This document shows, in pieces, positions 36,635 to 48,553 of a DNA stretch of 64,000 nt. The stretch lies in IMG/VR virus record IMGVR_UViG_3300049740_002155; one strand, 5' to 3'. Source of the DNA: a virus (Duplodnaviria; Caudoviricetes). Position 1 is the first letter of the stretch. Every line of letters begins with the position of its first letter. The translations under genes and the position numbers were made by a program. Below the pieces are notes generated by a model. That model worked only from the letters and a program-made list of their open reading frames with translations, made no database searches and was not told where the DNA came from.

Positions 36635-36852
36635 GTAAGAAAGCACGACTTAATCTACCTGATAAAGAAAAGCATCCACAACTTTATTCTATTGCAAAAA
36701 AAACCGGTCGAAGTTCCGGAGCATTGGTAAAAGGAATTTATGGAACTATGGTTACACCGAAAATGAATCGGGCGCAAATCGCAAATAAAAACAAAGCAAG
36801 AAAGAAGCATGGTCTTGCTCCTCTTGGAGAAGACGGTCAACCACAATCTTAA
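36631..36852 (+). CDS. 73-aa basic protein
   Basis: ATGA coupling. Confidence 0.55.
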   Translation: MSKKARLNLPDKEKHPQLYSIAKKTGRSSGALVKGIYGTMVTPKMNRAQIANKNKARKKHGLAPLGEDGQPQS

Positions 36853-36873
36853 TTTAACTAAAAGGAATTAATT

Positions 36874-38484
36874 ATGCAAAGTATCATCACCGACTCAACT
36901 ATTACACTAATCTCCGAAACGGGTCCTTCCGTTATCGGTAAAACGCATCCTAACTTCTACAAAATTAAAAAAGCATTGCTTCAAAAAAATTTCCTCGAAG
37001 TTGAAGATATGCTTGATGTCAAGGATGGATACAAAGAATTCTCCAATGGTCGTATTGCCGTTGATGGAGATAATCTTATTTATGATGGAGCAATCATTCA
37101 CACTGTTCTTACACAACGCATCGTAGAAATGATTCACAACGGAGACGAAGCAACACCTATGTTGAACTTCCTCGTTAATCTTATGGATAATCCCTCTGAA
37201 GGTAGCATAGATCAACTTTATACTTTCTTGGAGCATGAGAACCTTCCTATCACCGAAGACGGTTGTTTCCTTGCTTACAAAGCAATTAATCGTGATTATA
37301 CCGACAAGTATACTGGAAAGATTTCCAATAAAGTCGGTGATAAAGTAAAAATGCCTTATGAAGAAGTAACTGCTGATCCAACAAAACATTGTTCACGTGG
37401 TCTTCATTGTGGTAGCATTGATTATGTTCGTAGTTATGGAAACTTTCAAGTTAACGAAATTGGTGAACATACGGGTGATCGTCTTGTTACCGTTAAAGTT
37501 AATCCTAATGCGGTAGTTAGTGTACCGGAAGATAGTGATCGTCAAAAAGTTCGTGTTTATCGTTATGTTGTCCACGAAGAAATTGAAAATCCTTATGATT
37601 TAGTTCCTAAGTACGAAGCACCTGTATATTATGATAGTGAAGGCAATGTATACGATGAAGATATATTTGGTGATGACGATTACGAAAATTATGAACATTG
37701 GGACGAAGATGAATGGACACCGGTAGATGATGGTGTTGTACCAAATGGTCAATCTCAATACGATTGGGTGGGTGATCCATATAAAGATGAGTTAGGACCT
37801 GATGATTCTAATCTTTATTCCGAAAACGGAGTAGAAGGTGAACCTGGTAATCCAGTTGAAGGTCTTATTGATTTTGATGATGTTAAACGCAAAGAATCTA
37901 TTATTGCCGGTTGTATTCGTCAAAGTACCGACAACCCATTGAAAAAAAATTCTTTCGAAACTAATAATATTGTTGGTGATGTAGATGTAGATATGTTTGA
38001 TGCGATGTATAATAACACCGATTATGCAACTGGACAAACGTCCGAAAAAAATTCTTTCGACGTTGTCGAAAAGACAAATGAATCGGATAGTAGTTTTACT
38101 TACGATTGGCACGGTGTTGCGAATACTGAGTGGGATGTTATTCATACAATCAATAATGATAACATACGTGAAGATATGCACCCCAAGGCACGTGAAATTT
38201 TTGAATACTACGAAAACAAGTATGGCAGGAACATTACTGATTGTGTGACCATTACTAGTGTAATTGATGATTTGAAAGATGCTGGATTTGATATGTCTGG
38301 AAATCCTCTTGAAGAATCTAATGATCAAAAAAATTTCCTTGATGAAATGTTCCAAGACGCATCTTGTTATGCAAAAAAGGATGCTGAAAAAAATTCCTTC
38401 GACGTTGTCGAAAAAGACTCTAACGAAGAAAGTGTTGTGAAAGTTGAAAAACCAAATAACATTATTCTTCCTGACAATAACTAA
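36874..38484 (+). CDS. rIIB: rIIB-like protein with long acidic C-terminal extension
   Basis: LYTFLEHENLPITEDGCFLAYK, CSRGLHCG, VKVNP..VVSVP.D..KVRV..Y. Confidence 0.85.
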   Translation: MQSIITDSTITLISETGPSVIGKTHPNFYKIKKALLQKNFLEVEDMLDVKDGYKEFSNGRIAVDGDNLIYDGAIIHTVLTQRIVEMIHNGDEATPMLNFLVNLMDNPSEGSIDQLYTFLEHENLPITEDGCFLAYKAINRDYTDKYTGKISNKVGDKVKMPYEEVTADPTKHCSRGLHCGSIDYVRSYGNFQVNEIGEHTGDRLVTVKVNPNAVVSVPEDSDRQKVRVYRYVVHEEIENPYDLVPKYEAPVYYDSEGNVYDEDIFGDDDYENYEHWDEDEWTPVDDGVVPNGQSQYDWVGDPYKDELGPDDSNLYSENGVEGEPGNPVEGLIDFDDVKRKESIIAGCIRQSTDNPLKKNSFETNNIVGDVDVDMFDAMYNNTDYATGQTSEKNSFDVVEKTNESDSSFTYDWHGVANTEWDVIHTINNDNIREDMHPKAREIFEYYENKYGRNITDCVTITSVIDDLKDAGFDMSGNPLEESNDQKNFLDEMFQDASCYAKKDAEKNSFDVVEKDSNEESVVKVEKPNNIILPDNN

Positions 38485-38501
38485 AATATACATAAATATA
38501 T

Positions 38502-38702
38502 ATGAAAAGATATAATAACCACGACCCTCAAACTGAAGTTTATGTGGTCACCCGCGATAGACGCAGAACTTCCGACCGAAATTTCATTAATGAAAATGAT
38601 GCTAAAATTGAGGCTCAATACTGGATTGGAATTTGTAGAAACTATGATCCTTCTTCAAAGGTATCTATTGTTAGAACTAACAAACCTAGAAAGATTAGGT
38701 AA
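38502..38702 (+). CDS. hypothetical protein
   Basis: 66-aa ORF. Confidence 0.55.
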   Translation: MKRYNNHDPQTEVYVVTRDRRRTSDRNFINENDAKIEAQYWIGICRNYDPSSKVSIVRTNKPRKIR

Positions 38703-38704
38703 TT

Positions 38705-39358
38705 ATGTACGATTGGAAATTTGAGAAAGCAAACGGTGAACCCACTTCTCCTAAAAAGAAAGTAACACCACCAAAAAAGAAAGTTACAGCAAAAAAGGCT
38801 GCTGATACTGGTTCTATGGACACGGTTGAAGGAGATGATAATATCATTTATTTTTATGCCGGTGTTTCTATGAAAGAAAACTTTACCCTCAACAAAGAGA
38901 TTTCAAGACTTGATCGTGAAATGCAAATGATCTCGATGAAACTTGGATTAAAAGTTCCAATTCCTATTCATTTGAGAATTAATAGTTATGGTGGTAGTGT
39001 ATTCGCCGCATTTAGTAGTATTGATTACATGAACCAAAGCAAGACACCTATATATACGTATATTGATGGTTGTGCGGCTAGTGCAGGAACTATCATGAGT
39101 GTGTGTGGTGACCAAAGGTTTATTGGTGAAAATTCTTATATGCTTGTCCACCAACTTAGTTCTGGTATGTGGGGTAAATATCAAGAACTTCAAGATGATA
39201 TGAAGAACTCTGATAATTTGATGAAACGCATCAAAGAAATCTATGAATCAAAAACCAAGATTCCTAAAACGAAAATGGATGAGATACTCAAACATGACTT
39301 GTGGTGGGATGCACGTACTTGTTTAAAGTATGGTCTTGTAGACGAAATTCTTACTTAA
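38705..39358 (+). CDS. clpP: ClpP-like serine protease
   Basis: INSYGGSV, DGCAASAG (catalytic Ser), YMLVHQ (His). Confidence 0.85.
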   Translation: MYDWKFEKANGEPTSPKKKVTPPKKKVTAKKAADTGSMDTVEGDDNIIYFYAGVSMKENFTLNKEISRLDREMQMISMKLGLKVPIPIHLRINSYGGSVFAAFSSIDYMNQSKTPIYTYIDGCAASAGTIMSVCGDQRFIGENSYMLVHQLSSGMWGKYQELQDDMKNSDNLMKRIKEIYESKTKIPKTKMDEILKHDLWWDARTCLKYGLVDEILT

Positions 39359-39369
39359 TAGATTTTCAT

Positions 39370-39678
39370 ATGTCTCGCAAAAATAATTCAGACATCATTG
39401 AGATGGAAGGTATAGTTACAAAACTTCTTCCTGGAACAATGTTCGATGTAGAATTTCAACAAGGAGACGCAAAGGTTATGTTACTTTGTTCACTTGCCGG
39501 AAAACTTAAACAACATTTTATTAAGTTGACGGTGGGTGACAAAGTTCTTGTTGAAATAAGCAAATATGATATGTCAAAAGGTAGAATTACATATCGTCTT
39601 AAAAACAAAACAAGTTACAATACATCAAATAAATCTGTACCAATCAAAAGTGGTGGTGTGGGTAAGAAAAAGAAATAG
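39370..39678 (+). CDS. infA: translation initiation factor IF-1 with basic tail
   Basis: IEMEGIV...LP..MF.V, L.GKL....I....GDKV.VEIS.YD.SKGRITYR. Confidence 0.9.
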   Translation: MSRKNNSDIIEMEGIVTKLLPGTMFDVEFQQGDAKVMLLCSLAGKLKQHFIKLTVGDKVLVEISKYDMSKGRITYRLKNKTSYNTSNKSVPIKSGGVGKKKK

Positions 39679-39680
39679 AT

Positions 39681-40739
39681 TTATTTAGTCTTTCTATATA
39701 AGTCTAAAATACTTTTTTGTTCTAAACTTATATTCTTGGGAAATTTTGGTTTTATCATTACATACATATCACCTTTAGTACTTCCATTCCTAAGATTGGG
39801 CAATCCATAATTGTTAATTCTTAGAACCGACTCTGGTTGGGTACCTGCGGGTATCTTTAAATTTACTTTTCCGTATAATGAGTTTATTGTTTTTGTGTGA
39901 CCTAATATCATATCATAAAAATCTATGTGTTCTTCACAAACCAAATGGTCACCGTCTCTGTCAAAATACTCATCTTTTTTTACATATATTACTGCATACA
40001 AATCTCCAAATTCTCCACCCTTCGCATAATTTCCATAATTAGATACTCTTAATTTTACCCCGGAGTGACATCCCTTTGGAATTTTAATACGGGTTTCTAC
40101 ACTTTCACTTTGCACTCCTTTTCCACTGCATTGAACACAACCTCCGTGCAATTCACTACCAGAACCTTCGCATACTGGACATATTTGTTCCATTTGCATG
40201 GGTCCCATTCTTCGGTAAACTGCACCTCTACCTCCACACTGTTTACATGATTTGTATGTAGAAGAACTTGTTTCACCAGTTCCATTGCAACTTCCACATT
40301 TTCCGTTTCTATTAAACTTAATTGTTCTATGAACATCATCTACGATCTCACTCAATTTTACTTCTATATCTATTTTTAAATCAGAACCTTGTGTTTGTCT
40401 TCTTCTTTTTCTGTTATCGGATGTAAAAAAACTATCAAAGTTCCCACCACCACCTCCGAAAAATGAATTAAACATATCAAACGGGTCAGAGTGAAATCCA
40501 CCTCCTCCACCACCTTGTTGGAAAGCCGCATGACCAAATTGATCATATTTTGCTCGTTTCGTGGTGTCTGATAAAATATCATATGCTTCTGAAATCTTTT
40601 TAAAGTGTTCTTCTGCATTAGCATCACCTTTATTTTTATCTGGATGCCACTTTATTGCTAGTTTTCTATATGCCTTTTTGATTTCATCTTGTGTAGCAGT
40701 TTTTGATACACTTAAAATATTGTAATAATCTTCACTCAT
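39681..40739 (-). CDS. dnaJ: DnaJ chaperone
   Basis: J domain with HPD, G/F region, four CxxCxGxG repeats, C-terminal domain. Confidence 0.95.
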   Translation of the reverse strand: MSEDYYNILSVSKTATQDEIKKAYRKLAIKWHPDKNKGDANAEEHFKKISEAYDILSDTTKRAKYDQFGHAAFQQGGGGGGFHSDPFDMFNSFFGGGGGNFDSFFTSDNRKRRRQTQGSDLKIDIEVKLSEIVDDVHRTIKFNRNGKCGSCNGTGETSSSTYKSCKQCGGRGAVYRRMGPMQMEQICPVCEGSGSELHGGCVQCSGKGVQSESVETRIKIPKGCHSGVKLRVSNYGNYAKGGEFGDLYAVIYVKKDEYFDRDGDHLVCEEHIDFYDMILGHTKTINSLYGKVNLKIPAGTQPESVLRINNYGLPNLRNGSTKGDMYVMIKPKFPKNISLEQKSILDLYRKTK

Positions 40740-40829
40740 GGTTTGACTTTATTTGTAATGTTTGTATATTATACTATTATTATTGATTACACAATTAAAT
40801 AATTGTTGGTTTTTTCTATATTTATATAT

Positions 40830-41222
40830 ATGTTTACAAAATTAATTGCCAAGTTGCTGAAGAAAAAGTTATATAAATCTAAAATAACTATTCTTGGAGA
40901 TGATTTCGTTGCTACACACGATAGTAATTCTTTACTAGAATCATTAAAGTGGACATTACACGGAATCCATGAGGCTAATGCAACTCAACCAGAACATCAT
41001 AAAAAAAGCATTTCAACTACCAATGGTATTTATGGTCATATATGTGAATTTAGATTATTTAATGTAACGAGATCGTCAATTACGATATGTGGATATAAAA
41101 CACCTAAAAACGAAGATATTCTATTTATGACAGAGCAAATGGTTTATATTCCACAAAAAATTCTCAATACATTGCGAGAACAAGATGCTCACTTACAAGA
41201 CTTGGAAATAATGACTAAATAA
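40830..41222 (+). CDS. hypothetical protein
   Basis: ATATTTAT-N4-ATG start. Confidence 0.55.
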   Translation: MFTKLIAKLLKKKLYKSKITILGDDFVATHDSNSLLESLKWTLHGIHEANATQPEHHKKSISTTNGIYGHICEFRLFNVTRSSITICGYKTPKNEDILFMTEQMVYIPQKILNTLREQDAHLQDLEIMTK

Positions 41223-42558
41223 TTCCGTGGGCAACAGCTGCATTTGCTACTCTTAAAAACCCACCAACATTTGCTCCGAGAGTATAATCTCCTTCTGTTC
41301 CGTATTTCCTTGCATTACGCAAACATGAAGCATGAATCTGCTTCATTATTTCTCGTAATTTATTATCGACTTGTGGCATACTCCACTTTTCCCATCCTGC
41401 GTTCTGACGCATTTCTAGTGCTGATACTGCAACCCCACCTGCGTTTACTGCTTTACTTGGTGCAACCACTACCAATTTATCATTAAATAACTTTATTGCG
41501 TCTTCTGTGCAAGGCATATTGGCTGCTTCTGCAACAAACTTACAATCATTATCAATAAGCATTTCCGCATCTTTTTCGTTTATTTCGTTTTGAATTGCAC
41601 TTGGTATTGCTATATCACACGGAACTTCCCAAGGTTTTTTTCCTTTGATATAATCAACTCCGAATTTTTCTGCGAATGGTTTTACAATGTCTTTGTTACT
41701 TTCACGCAACACTTCCATATACGGAATCATATTCTTTTTAATTCCATTCTTCATGTGAACATATCCATCTGGACCAGAAATAGTAACTACTTTAGCACCC
41801 ATTTCTACTGCTTTTTTTACAACACCAAATGCAACTTGACCAAATCCACTTACCGTAATAATTTTTCCTTTAATATTGGTGTGATGGTTTTTTAGCATTT
41901 CTTCTGTAAAATAAATTGTTCCGAATCCAGTTGCTTCTTTTCTTCCGTGTATACCTCCCCATGCAGGTGCTTTACCTGTAATAAGACCAGGTTCATATTT
42001 GCTATATAATGCTTTATATTGACCGAATAAATACCCTATCTCTTTATACCCAACTCCAATGTCACCCGCCGGTACATCTGTCTTGTGACCAAGGTGTTCA
42101 TGAAGTTTAGTCATAAACGACTGACAAAATCTCATAATCTCCAAATCTGTTTTTCCGTTAGGATCAAAATCACTTCCACCCTTTGCTCCTCCAATTTGTA
42201 AACCAGTTAATGAGTTCTTAAATGTTTGTTCAAATCCAAGAAACTTCATCGTTCCTAAATTCACACTTGGATGGAATCTCAATCCACCTTTGTATGGTCC
42301 TAGTACACTATTAAATTGAACACGATACCCACGATTAACATGAACATTTCCTATTTCGTCAATCCAAGGAACACTAAATATAATTTGTTTTTCTGGTTCT
42401 GCTAATCTTTCTAATAGATTTACTTTCTTAAACTCAGAATGTTTATCTATGACAGTGTGTAAACTTGAGTATACTTCATTTACTGCCTGTATAAATGTTG
42501 GTTCAGAATGATTTCTTTCTTCTACCCGTTTTATTACATCATCAACATACTTGCTCAT
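41215..42558 (-). CDS. gdhA: NAD(P)-dependent glutamate dehydrogenase (copy B)
   Basis: [41 protein letters not shown]. Confidence 0.93.
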   Translation of the reverse strand: MSKYVDDVIKRVEERNHSEPTFIQAVNEVYSSLHTVIDKHSEFKKVNLLERLAEPEKQIIFSVPWIDEIGNVHVNRGYRVQFNSVLGPYKGGLRFHPSVNLGTMKFLGFEQTFKNSLTGLQIGGAKGGSDFDPNGKTDLEIMRFCQSFMTKLHEHLGHKTDVPAGDIGVGYKEIGYLFGQYKALYSKYEPGLITGKAPAWGGIHGRKEATGFGTIYFTEEMLKNHHTNIKGKIITVSGFGQVAFGVVKKAVEMGAKVVTISGPDGYVHMKNGIKKNMIPYMEVLRESNKDIVKPFAEKFGVDYIKGKKPWEVPCDIAIPSAIQNEINEKDAEMLIDNDCKFVAEAANMPCTEDAIKLFNDKLVVVAPSKAVNAGGVAVSALEMRQNAGWEKWSMPQVDNKLREIMKQIHASCLRNARKYGTEGDYTLGANVGGFLRVANAAVAHGII

Positions 42559-42577
42559 ATAGATATATATGTATTTA

Positions 42578-43990
<1,413 letters not shown>

Positions 43991-44011
43991 TTACTATTAT
44001 AATAAGTAATA

Positions 44012-44296
44012 ATGAAATACTATATAAAAGACTCAACACTTAAAGATTCTCCTGTTAAGTTGTTTGAATCCACCGAGTATGCGATAAACTATCTCAAGAG
44101 TATGGTTCAACGAAAGACAGGTATGAATTATGAACAATATTTAACACATCTTGCTGATTTAGGGCATTTTGGTTACGATGATCGTGAATTATACGAAAGT
44201 ATGCGTGATTCAGTAGATATGGGTGTATTGCGAGGAGAACAATTTCTTCGTTGCAATATATACGAAGCAACAATCAATAAAGATGGAAGTGATTAA
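44012..44296 (+). CDS. hypothetical protein
   Basis: 94 aa after TTGACT(43972)-17-TATTAT. Confidence 0.6.
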   Translation: MKYYIKDSTLKDSPVKLFESTEYAINYLKSMVQRKTGMNYEQYLTHLADLGHFGYDDRELYESMRDSVDMGVLRGEQFLRCNIYEATINKDGSD

Positions 44297-44302
44297 TTTA
44301 TT

Positions 44303-45241
44303 ATGACACAAGTAGCAGCTGGAGAAAAAAAAGAAGTAAAAGAAAAGAAGTTTAACAAGTATGTGAGTTTCTCACAATACTCAATGTATTACAAGTGTCC
44401 TCGTAGTTGGAAACTTGCATATGTTGATAATCTTCGTAAGAAAGAAGCAAATATACATTTAGTATTTGGAACTTCTATGCACGAAACTATACAAGATTAT
44501 CTTGAGATGTTATACAACCAACCACACCTTGATACTGAAAGTGTTGATTGGAAAGCAAAGTTATTGCAAATAATGACTGAACTTGCCGATAATGAACGTA
44601 ATCTTATTGATGGTAAACGTTGTATGGACGATGCCACCTTCAATGAATTTATTCAAGATGGCAATGAAATACTTGATTATTTGCTTTCGGATGATATTCG
44701 CAGTAAATTCTTTTCAAAAACTCGTTATTCGTTATCTGGCATTGAAACTTCAATTGATTTAGAAGTTCGTAACAATGTTGGATACATTGGATTTCTTGAC
44801 GTTGTGCTATTTGATAAAATCAATCAAAAGTATAAAATCATTGACTTGAAAACATCTACACGTGGATGGAACAAGTGGCAAAAAGCAGATGAAAGTAAAA
44901 CTCATCAATTGCTCTTGTATAAAGTATTTTATGCTAAAGAATTTAATGTACCCTTGGATAAAATAGAGGTTGAGTTTATTATTCTTAAACGTAAACACGA
45001 TCCAGATGATCCTTGGGGTGGTGACCGTATTCAACGATTTATTCCACCTCACGGAACAATGAGTAGCAAAGAAGCATGGTCAAGTTTCAATAACTTTTTA
45101 AATGAATCATTTACCAAACGTGGTGAATATAATATGGATTGTTCTTTCCCAAAAACACCTGGTAAAAACAAAAAGAATTGTCGTTATTGCGAGTTTGCAA
45201 AAAAGGCCGGAGGTCCGTGTGACGGAAAAGAAGGAGAATAA
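44303..45241 (+). CDS. PD-(D/E)XK exonuclease, Cas4/AddB/RecB-like
   Basis: SFSQY...CP, FGTSMH, IIDLKTS, QL.LY, CRYC....C Fe-S cysteines. Confidence 0.85.
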   Translation: MTQVAAGEKKEVKEKKFNKYVSFSQYSMYYKCPRSWKLAYVDNLRKKEANIHLVFGTSMHETIQDYLEMLYNQPHLDTESVDWKAKLLQIMTELADNERNLIDGKRCMDDATFNEFIQDGNEILDYLLSDDIRSKFFSKTRYSLSGIETSIDLEVRNNVGYIGFLDVVLFDKINQKYKIIDLKTSTRGWNKWQKADESKTHQLLLYKVFYAKEFNVPLDKIEVEFIILKRKHDPDDPWGGDRIQRFIPPHGTMSSKEAWSSFNNFLNESFTKRGEYNMDCSFPKTPGKNKKNCRYCEFAKKAGGPCDGKEGE

Positions 45242-45347
45242 AAGTATTTTAGATTATATTTATATAAAGATAATGCTCAACGGAGATTGTCTAGAATGCT
45301 CAAACGAGATTCAAACAAAACTAACAAAATAAAAAGAGGAATAAAAA

Positions 45348-47279
45348 ATGGCTAAAGTAATTGGCATTGATTTAGGTACATCGAACAGTTGTGTTGCGGT
45401 GGTAGAAGCAGGAGAACCAAAAGTGATAACCAACTCAGAGGGAGCAAGAACTACCCCAAGTATAGTTGGATTTGCAAAAGACGGAGAAAGACTTGTAGGT
45501 CAATCCGCAAAAAGACAAGCAGTCACTAATCCAGAGAATACAATTTTTTCTGCGAAACGTTTAATCGGAAGAAAATACAAGGAAGTAAAAAACGAAGTTA
45601 AAAATCTTCCCTATGAAGTTGTCTCGGGTAAAAACGGAGATGCTTATATTAAGTGTAAAGAAGGTGACGAAGAAAAAGAATATGCACCTGAATTCATTTC
45701 AAGTATCATTCTGAGTAAACTTAAAGCAGATGCAGAAGCATATCTTGGTGAGGAGGTAAAACAAGCAGTTGTTACAGTACCTGCTTACTTTAACGATTCA
45801 CAAAGACAAGCAACTAAAGATGCAGGTGAAATCGCAGGACTTGAAGTGTTGCGTATCGTCAACGAACCAACGGCTGCATCTCTTGCCTATGGATTAGAAA
45901 AAAAGAACGAAGAAACAATCGCAGTTTATGACCTCGGTGGTGGAACTTATGATGTTTCTATTTTAGAAATCGGAGACGGAGTATTTGAAGTTAAATCTAC
46001 CAACGGTGACACTCAATTGGGTGGTGACAATTGGGATGAAACTCTTATTCAATATTTGTTAGATGAATTTAAAAAAGATTCTGGAATTGATTTAAGTGGT
46101 GACGGACAAGCAATGCAACGTCTTAAAGAAGAAGCTGAAAAAGCAAAAGTTGCTTTATCGTCAAGTGCTTCCACCACAATTAATCTTCCGTTTATTACTG
46201 CGGATGCAAGTGGTCCTAAGCATTTGAATGTAGAAGTTACTCGTTCAAAGTTTGAACAAATTTGTGATCCTCTTTATACTCGCACAAAAGAACCATTTGA
46301 AAAATGTCTTGATGATGCGGGTATCACAATGAGTGAAGTTAAAAATCTAATTCTCGTTGGTGGGATGACTCGTAGTCCTAAAGTTGTTGAGATAGCAAAA
46401 GAACTTGCAGGTGGTAATGATCCACACCAAGGAGTTAATCCAGATGAGGTAGTTGCTTTGGGTGCGGCTATTCAAGGTGCTATATTAGCAGGAGACGAGG
46501 GTGTAAGTGATGTTTTGTTGCTTGATGTAACTCCTCTTACTCTTGGAATAGAAACTGCCGGTGGAGTGTCTACACCGATGATTGAACGCAACACTACAAT
46601 TCCAACAAAAAAGTCGCAAATATTTACAACCGCAGGTGATAATCAACCAGCAGTTGATATTGTAATTCTTCAAGGAGAACGAGCAATGTCTGTTGATAAT
46701 AAAAAACTTGGTACATTCAAGTTAGATGGAATTCAACCTGCACCAAGAGGTACTCCACAAATTGAAGTTACATTTGATATTGATGCAAATGGTATTCTTA
46801 ATGTAAGTGCTACTGATAAGGGTACAGGTAAAGATCAAAAGATTACAATTAGTGATTCTAGTGGTCTTGACAAAGAAGAAGTTGAACGCATGAAAGCAGA
46901 TGCTGAAAAGTATGCTGACGAAGATAAACAAAAGAAAGAAGGAATCGAACTTCGTAATCAAGTAGATTCCACCGTTTATCAAATTGAAAAAATTCTTGAG
47001 GAAAACAAAGAAAAGATTCCTGAAGAAGAATCAAAGCAAATAAGTGAACTTCTTGAAGATGTTAAAAAGCAACTTGAGAATACTTCACTTGAAAGTGATA
47101 AATTGAAAGAACTTAATTCTTCTTTGATGGAACAACTCCAAAAACTTGCTCCACATATGCAAGCAGAGCAAGAAAGTGCTACTCCGGAAGACGAACCATC
47201 TACTACTGAGTCCGAAGATGTAGTGGATGCTGACTTTGAAGTTGTTGATGAAGAAGAAAAGGAAGAAACTAAAAAGTAG
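45348..47279 (+). CDS. dnaK: DnaK/Hsp70 chaperone
   Basis: [38 protein letters not shown]; SD AGAGG. Confidence 0.97.
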   Translation: MAKVIGIDLGTSNSCVAVVEAGEPKVITNSEGARTTPSIVGFAKDGERLVGQSAKRQAVTNPENTIFSAKRLIGRKYKEVKNEVKNLPYEVVSGKNGDAYIKCKEGDEEKEYAPEFISSIILSKLKADAEAYLGEEVKQAVVTVPAYFNDSQRQATKDAGEIAGLEVLRIVNEPTAASLAYGLEKKNEETIAVYDLGGGTYDVSILEIGDGVFEVKSTNGDTQLGGDNWDETLIQYLLDEFKKDSGIDLSGDGQAMQRLKEEAEKAKVALSSSASTTINLPFITADASGPKHLNVEVTRSKFEQICDPLYTRTKEPFEKCLDDAGITMSEVKNLILVGGMTRSPKVVEIAKELAGGNDPHQGVNPDEVVALGAAIQGAILAGDEGVSDVLLLDVTPLTLGIETAGGVSTPMIERNTTIPTKKSQIFTTAGDNQPAVDIVILQGERAMSVDNKKLGTFKLDGIQPAPRGTPQIEVTFDIDANGILNVSATDKGTGKDQKITISDSSGLDKEEVERMKADAEKYADEDKQKKEGIELRNQVDSTVYQIEKILEENKEKIPEEESKQISELLEDVKKQLENTSLESDKLKELNSSLMEQLQKLAPHMQAEQESATPEDEPSTTESEDVVDADFEVVDEEEKEETKK

Positions 47280-47300
47280 TTTTTAGATAGTATTAGTAAA

Positions 47301-47335
47301 TAAAAAAGGTGGAATTTATTTCCACCTTTTTTTTA
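47301..47335. terminator. bidirectional intrinsic terminator
   Basis: AAAAAAGGTGGAA-TTTA-TTCCACCTTTTTTT. Confidence 0.85.
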
Positions 47336-47367
47336 TAAAAACAGTTAGTTGCTTTATATTTATATGC

Positions 47368-47556
47368 GTGAAGAATGGTGAAGTAATTACAAGAATAAAA
47401 AAACGAGCCTATCAACTTAGGCATTTTCGCAAAGAAGGATTTGATGACTCACACTTGGATTCTAAGTGCATAATACACGAAATCAAGTTTCTTTTTAATA
47501 TGCTATCTAAAAAAGAGCAAAGTGATATTCTAAATAAACCATGGCTAGACGATTAA
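47368..47556 (+). CDS. hypothetical protein
   Basis: ATATTTAT-N4-GTG start. Confidence 0.55.
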   Translation: MKNGEVITRIKKRAYQLRHFRKEGFDDSHLDSKCIIHEIKFLFNMLSKKEQSDILNKPWLDD

Positions 47557-47572
47557 TAAAACACTTACTATA

Positions 47573-48022
47573 ATGGAAAAAATAATTAAAGGATTTACGT
47601 GTGGGGCAATGGATGTGTTTCATGCAGGCCATGTGCTTATGATGGAAGATTGTAAACGTCATTGTGATTATTTAATTGTGGGATTGCACACCAACCCGCA
47701 ATTAGATAGAGCAGATAAAAACAAACCAGTTCAATCGGTTGTGGAAAGATATATACAGCTTCGTGGCAGTAAATTCGTTGACGAAATCATTCCATATGAA
47801 ACTGAATCCGATTTATTAGAAATTTTAAAAGGCATTGATTATGATGTTCGTTTCGTTGGAGATGATTGGAAAGATAAACCATTTACTGGTCATGATCTTC
47901 CTGGACATTTAGATAAAGTCCTGTACAATTCTCGTAAGCATGATTATAGTAGTTCTGCACTCAGACGAAGAGTTGCCGAAGGTGAGAAATTAGAAAAGAA
48001 AAATAAAACAAAGAGTAAATAA
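47573..48022 (+). CDS. cytidylyltransferase (TagD/RfaE-like)
   Basis: FTCGAMDVFHAGH (HxGH), VDEIIPY, YSSSALR. Confidence 0.85.
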   Translation: MEKIIKGFTCGAMDVFHAGHVLMMEDCKRHCDYLIVGLHTNPQLDRADKNKPVQSVVERYIQLRGSKFVDEIIPYETESDLLEILKGIDYDVRFVGDDWKDKPFTGHDLPGHLDKVLYNSRKHDYSSSALRRRVAEGEKLEKKNKTKSK

Positions 48023-48067
48023 AAATATATATTATATTTATATTCAAATAAAGGTTATATTCACTTA

Positions 48068-48553
48068 TTGATGAATTGTGATATGAACTTTATTTACTTT
48101 ATATGTCCCGAAACTCCCCAATTTGCAAAATATTGTGAGGGGTTCTATAACTACTTAACATATGGATACAAAAATTGGACACGTGACAGATATGTATCAT
48201 CCAACCCAAAGGATAAAGACGGAAGATCGAGAACTTTGATTTCAAAAAATGCTCCTGTTTCGGATGAAATGAAAACATCAGATTGGGTATTTGACAGAAT
48301 ATATCAAAAAGTAATTACAAGTGATTGTTACACTCACACATATCAACAGATTACAAAAGAAGAAATAGAATCAAGTAAGCAGATAGTATTTATTACTTCA
48401 AACTCTAAACCAAGATCAATTCCATCGTATTTATATACAAAACACAATTCTGTAACTGTTTGGAAACTATCTAATATACACAAACACTCCGATGCAAAGT
48501 ACTCATTACTTGAGTCTAAGTTAAGAGGTATGGCCAAACCTTATCAGTCGTAA
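48068..48553 (+). CDS. hypothetical protein
   Basis: 161 aa, converges on 48544 ORF with overlapping ends. Confidence 0.5.
   Translation: MMNCDMNFIYFICPETPQFAKYCEGFYNYLTYGYKNWTRDRYVSSNPKDKDGRSRTLISKNAPVSDEMKTSDWVFDRIYQKVITSDCYTHTYQQITKEEIESSKQIVFITSNSKPRSIPSYLYTKHNSVTVWKLSNIHKHSDAKYSLLESKLRGMAKPYQS

Noticed and set aside
36907-38493. Long antisense ORFs (36907-37389, 37792-38493; likewise 57327-57854, 49630-50112)
   Set aside because: Shadows of well-supported genes on the other strand, with biased Ile/Phe composition and no motifs.
44303-45241. Cas4 indicating a CRISPR system
   Set aside because: No repeat-spacer array or other cas genes were seen; solo Cas4/RecB-like exonucleases are common in phages.
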